Shown piece by piece: positions 20,784 to 25,231 of a DNA stretch of 25,231 nucleotides. The DNA is taken from contig NW_021836085.1 in the NCBI RefSeq assembly GCF_006345805.1, positions 1 to 25,231 on the forward strand, given 5' to 3'. The stretch is from Octopus sinensis (Eukaryota). Position numbers and translations under genes: made by a program. The notes under the pieces were generated by a model, which was not told where the DNA came from, ran no database searches, and saw only the letters and a list, made by a program, of their open reading frames with translations. How positions within the stretch are numbered: position 1 is the stretch's first letter; each line of letters starts with the position of its first letter.

Positions 20784-20967
20784 GAATATGGAAAACAATT
20801 AAATTTTGGAAATTAAAAGAAAGGTTTTTTTAAAGAATAATTGCATAGTGTTCAAATACAAGGGGCATTTTCCTTGTTTCTCCTGACTCTGTCTATCTTG
20901 CTTACTCTTCTGAGTTCGAGGTCGTTGTGAATTCTTGGTAGGGAAGAGAAAAAAAAAAATATATATA

Positions 20968-21005
<38 letters not shown>

Positions 21006-21440
21006 TATATATATATATATGCACTCTTTTTGTATCAGGTTTGCAAGATTCTTTATGTGAATTCGTGTGTCGAAACAAATTTTGTTGTGTAGAGGAAGAG
21101 TTATACTGCCTTAATATCTAACACACTCACCGGTTCAATTTCGATTCATTTATTATTTAAGGTTTTTCCTTTCCAAATTTTCTTTTCCAAAATTTTCCTT
21201 TCCAAAATTTTCATCGCTTTTCCAACTTTGACAAGGTTGCAAAAGCAACAAAAGCTTTGGAAAGGAAAAAGTATAAATAATAAATGAGTGGAAAGTGATC
21301 CGGCGCGTGTGTTAGATAATATGTAGCGGTGTTTGCGTGTTTGCGTGTTTACGTGTGTGTGAATGTATATGTATCTATATATTATATATATATATATATA
21401 TAATATAGATATATATCTTATATATATACATATATATAAT

Positions 21441-21752
21441 ATCACCGTGATCACGTGACCGACCAGGCTATCAGATGTTGCTACACATCGTTGGTCACAA
21501 TGCGCTTTGCATTCTTTTAGCCTTCAAATGACGCCACCCCGTTGGCTAAGCGAGCAGGCCAACAGAAGAAAGAGTGAGACAAAGTTGCAGCGAAAGAGTG
21601 CAGCAGGGTTCGCCACTACCCCCTGTCGGAGCCCCGTGGAGCTTTAGGTGTTTTCGCTCAATAAACACTCACAACGCCCGGTCTGGGAATCGAACCAGCG
21701 ATCCTAAGACCGCATGACCATTGCCCTAACCACTGGGCTATTGGGCCTCCAC
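21441..21752 (-). mobile_element. tRNA-derived SINE family 2, full length, tail 1
   Basis: Minus head gtggaggcccaatagcccagtggttagggca...ggttcgattccc (A and B boxes); 21570-21752 aligns with 22791-22973. Confidence 0.9.
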
Positions 21753-21754
21753 GA

Positions 21755-21765
21755 CATATATATAG

Positions 21766-21815
<50 letters not shown>

Positions 21816-21825
21816 ATATATATAT

Positions 21826-21865
<40 letters not shown>

Positions 21866-21892
21866 TACTCTATATATATATATATATATATA

Positions 21893-21925
<33 letters not shown>

Positions 21926-21929
21926 TATA
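21755..21929. repeat. (TA)n
   Basis: Direct reading. Confidence 0.95.
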
Positions 21930-22199
21930 TAGTCAAATCGAACATTAAAAATAACAATGACAAAAAAGAAGACGTAACACATGGAAAGGCGGAAAGAAGA
22001 GTGAGTTTAACGTTTCAACGTTTCGAGCAGAGCTCCTCGTCAGAAACAAGATGTTTCCTTCTCCAGAGTTTTCCTTTCTCTTGTTTCTGACGAGAAGCTC
22101 TGCTCGAAATGTTGAAACATTAAATCTCACTCTTCTTTCCTCCTTTCCATGCGTACGTCTTCTTGTTTTGTCATTGTTATTTTTAATGTTCGATTTGAC

Positions 22200-22201
<2 letters not shown>
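21930..22201. mobile_element. Palindromic element: ~122-bp inverted arms, 27-nt spacer, hammerhead core in each arm (Penelope pLTR-like)
   Basis: 21930-22051 is the reverse complement of 22079-22201 with few mismatches and indels; CTGACGA...GAAA at 22043-22021 (-) and 22087-22109 (+). Confidence 0.85.
22011..22048 (-). ncRNA. Minimal hammerhead ribozyme motif, left arm, best preserved
   Basis: gttt-CTGACGA-g-GAGC-tct-GCTC-GAAA-cg-TT-gaaacg: canonical CUGANGA/GAAA, 4-bp stem II, palindromic stem III (AACGTT), one extra purine after A9, weak stem I. Confidence 0.6.
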
Positions 22202-22292
<91 letters not shown>

Positions 22293-22321
22293 GGATGGAT
22301 GGATGGATGGATGGATGGATG

Positions 22322-22405
<84 letters not shown>

Positions 22406-22408
22406 TAG
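22202..22408. repeat. (GACA)/(GATA)/(GATG) microsatellite
   Basis: Direct reading. Confidence 0.95.
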
Positions 22409-22430
22409 GTATGTGTGTAATGTGAGTATG

Positions 22431-23511
22431 TATACGAAGTTCATTCCAGAAGTTGTGAGACATTTCTAGGAGAGACAGTTACAACAGTCCTACATCATTG
22501 TAATTTTAATAGATCATTACTAAACAGTAAATAAGCTGACCTGCCACCCTTTGTTGTTGCATATTTAAGGAAACGGTTGTAACAACACTTTGAACATTCC
22601 CTGCTAAACACTGATTGTGGCAGCTGACTTGTCGACAGAATGTAGTCGGCACGGTTGGAAGCGCGCTATGCAATAAAGTTTTGTTTTAACCTGGGCAAAA
22701 ACGCTACAGAAACTTGTCAAATACTACATACTGCTAATGGATTAAGTTTTTCACTGGTACAGGGGAGGAAGCACAACAGAAACAGGAAGTAAGAGTGAGA
22801 GAAAGTTGTGGTGAAAGAGTACAGCAGGGATCACCACCATCCCCTGCCGGAGCCTCGTGGAGCTTTAGGTGTTTTCGCTCAATAAACACTCACAACGCCC
22901 GCTCTGGGAATCGAAACCACGATCCTACGACCGCGAGTCCGCTGCCCTAACCACTGGGCCATTGCGCCTCCACTAGCTGGTAGAAGAGGACCAAGAACGT
23001 TAGAGAGGAGGTGAGAGACGATGAGAGGTGTGGAAGGGAGGACCGAATTGAAAATCAGAGCTAGTTCAGCATTGCAAATTTATGAATGAAAGCAGTTGTG
23101 TATTTATAAAGACGATAAGCATACAGGTTGGCGTTGGCATGGCAACTGTGCAGACAATTATTCATTAAGATGTGAACATGCGCAAAATTTGTGCTGAGTT
23201 TGCTGCCACGATCACTGCTTGACAGAGACGGACATCAAAATTATCCCTATCCTTCCCGACTATCCAGACCCTGCTCCCTGTGATTGTTTTGATTGTTTCC
23301 CGAGCTGAAAGAGACGATGAAGGAGACTGTCACAAGAGTCCTGGATGCCTTCACTTCTGAGCGCTTCCATGGGCCTTCACGAAGCAGCGCTACGACAAGT
23401 GGATCGAAGTCAGACGATCCGACTTTGAAAGCGATTAGAATTTTTATACTTCCTTGAAATTAAACGCTTCTCTTTAAAATGTGTGAAAATTTCTGGAATC
23501 CATCTTGTATA
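22431..23511 (+). mobile_element. Internally deleted, decayed mariner (Tc1/mariner) transposon with TIRs
   Basis: Ends 22431-22465 and 23477-23511 are inverted (26/35 matches), with TA at the borders. Transposase remnants: RYAIKFCFNLGKNATET (from ATG 22640), EEVRDDERCGR, TIIH*DVNMRKICAEF, YPDPAPCD..LFPELK (YSPDLAP motif), RYDKWIEVRRSDFESD*. Catalytic core mostly deleted. Confidence 0.88.
22771..22973 (-). mobile_element. SINE family 2, tail 2 (3'-truncated), inserted in the mariner
   Basis: Minus head gtggaggcgcaatggcccagtggttagggcagcggactcgcgg...tttcgattccc; splits the mariner HTH region (VFHWY | EEVRDDER). Confidence 0.9.
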
Positions 23512-23639
23512 CATATGCTTTTCTTTGCGATTTCGGTTCTTTGCAAAATTCAAGCCGTTCATATGTGTGTATGTTGGTGTGTGTTCTTTTCTCGTTTTAA
23601 TTTGGAATAAACTTTGACAGCCAACAAGCTTTGAAGCAA

Positions 23640-24111
23640 AGCTATGTATGAATGTACGTATGTATGTATGTATGTATGTATGTATGTATGCATATATGCA
23701 TGCATGTATGTATGTATGTATGTATGTATGTATGTATGTATGTTGTATATATGTTGTATGTATGTAGTATGTATGTATGTATGTATGCATGTATGTATGT
23801 ATGCATGTATGTATGTATGTATGATGTATGTATATGTATGTATGTATGGATAGGATGTATGTATGTATGTATGTATGTATGTATAATGTATGTATGTATG
23901 TATGTATGTATGCATGTATGTATGTATGCATGTATGTATGTATGTATGTATGGTTTGTATGTATGTACACACGCTTATATATTTTGTGTGTGTAAGTATG
24001 AATATATGTATGCATATATATATGTATGTGTATTTGAGTGTGTCTGTGTATTTGTTTGAATATACGGGTATATCCGCATATAATGTGTGTGTGTTTGTCT
24101 GTGTGTGTGTG

Positions 24112-24147
<36 letters not shown>

Positions 24148-24200
24148 CGATTTTTCTTATAAGTATGGATGCATGTATGTATGTATGTATGTATACACAT
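23640..24200. repeat. (TATG)n/(TG)n microsatellites
   Basis: Direct reading. Confidence 0.9.
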
Positions 24201-24309
24201 CTTTCATTCTGTCCGTACTTTTCCGTATGATTAAGATATTATTTCGCATGATTTCGTTCTTATTCGTTTGACATCGTATCTCAGGTAATGAAATAATGGA
24301 AATGTCATT

Positions 24310-24371
24310 ACAAACACACACGCAGACACACACACATACACGTTACACATACACGTTACACATACGCATTA

Positions 24372-24414
<43 letters not shown>

Positions 24415-24523
24415 TGGATTCCCAATTATATAAAAAAAACGCATTGCATAAACTCTTCGTAACTTGCAATAATGAAATTCCTCATGGAAAACTATTCCAA
24501 ATGAAATTATGCATACACGGTGT

Positions 24524-24558
<35 letters not shown>

Positions 24559-24720
24559 CATACATACATACATACATACATACATACATACATACATACA
24601 TACATACATACATAAATTCATACATATCTTTACTATGTCTATATATGTGTGTGTGTGTGTGGTACATATATACTGTATGTATGTATATATTATAAAAGTA
24701 TACATGTGTACATGTGTATA
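24310..24720. repeat. (CA)n, (GATA)n, (TACA)n, (TG)n microsatellites
   Basis: Direct reading. Confidence 0.85.
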
Positions 24721-25231
24721 TGTTTATAATTCTAATTAGATTAACTACAAACCCTAATAGAGTATATACATTTCCAGCCATCATACTATATATAAAATCA
24801 TCTAGATATATAATTGCACAAATTAGTTTAAAACGATTAAAATTCCGACTAAACGGCAATTTTATAACATGGCGGATTAAATTTGTAATGTCGTTAGGTT
24901 TACGTTGCATCGAGAACTGACTGTTTTCCTGCCTCAGTATTTATTTCCAGATCTAGAATATATTTCACTCCACAACCACCACCACAATTCCTGCAGTCAA
25001 ACTCGTGGTACCTGGAGATTTACATTAATCTGAAGATCCGGTCTTTAGCCATACAAAACTGTTACGATAGGAAGGGTCGGGGTTTTTTTCTTTTTCTGGG
25101 TTTTTTTTCTCACTTGATTAGTCCCTGGAGGTTTCTGTTTTCGAGATTGAATAATGTTTATTTTATTTTATTTTATTTCATTCCTTAGTTTATTTTTTAT
25201 TTTGTTTGACTTCAGGATCAGTGCGTGGCAT

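Noticed and set aside
21680-22973. tRNA genes at the SINE family 2 heads
   Set aside because: A/B boxes are present, but the sequence runs into a shared non-tRNA body and I could not fold a full cloverleaf; these are SINE heads.
1191-24705. Many long ORFs in the track (poly-V/T/H/D/G/I/L, YIYI, MYVC)
   Set aside because: They are read-throughs of stop-free microsatellites, with no domain content.
24940-25020. Acceptor-like tatttatttccag followed by a short open frame
   Set aside because: No recognisable protein and no convincing donor; expected by chance in AT-rich DNA.

Overview
Eukaryotic, repeat-saturated, non-coding (intergenic or deep intronic) DNA. I could not support any host protein-coding gene; almost all ORFs in the supplied track are microsatellite read-throughs. 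The SINE sequences and microsatellite load resemble octopus genomes (inference from recall, not a search). Contents: (1) 5'-truncated non-LTR retrotransposons with a restriction-like endonuclease (RLE; R4/Dong-like), all in (TAA)n on their sense strand, with five unrelated 3' UTRs and a dense cluster at 9.5-15.2 kb; (2) HERO-like and RTE-like 3' fragments; (3) about 13 SINE copies from three families, including a tandem trimer; (4) a non-autonomous Helitron (TC...hairpin-CTAG in an AT target) carrying a 6x34-bp minisatellite that matches a SINE segment; (5) an internally deleted mariner with TIRs, interrupted by a SINE; (6) several Penelope-type minimal hammerhead-ribozyme motifs. The most unusual items are a ~270-bp palindrome with a hammerhead core in each arm, a hammerhead with a compensatory U3:A8 core pair, and an inverted copy of a local retroelement junction inserted into the downstream retroelement.
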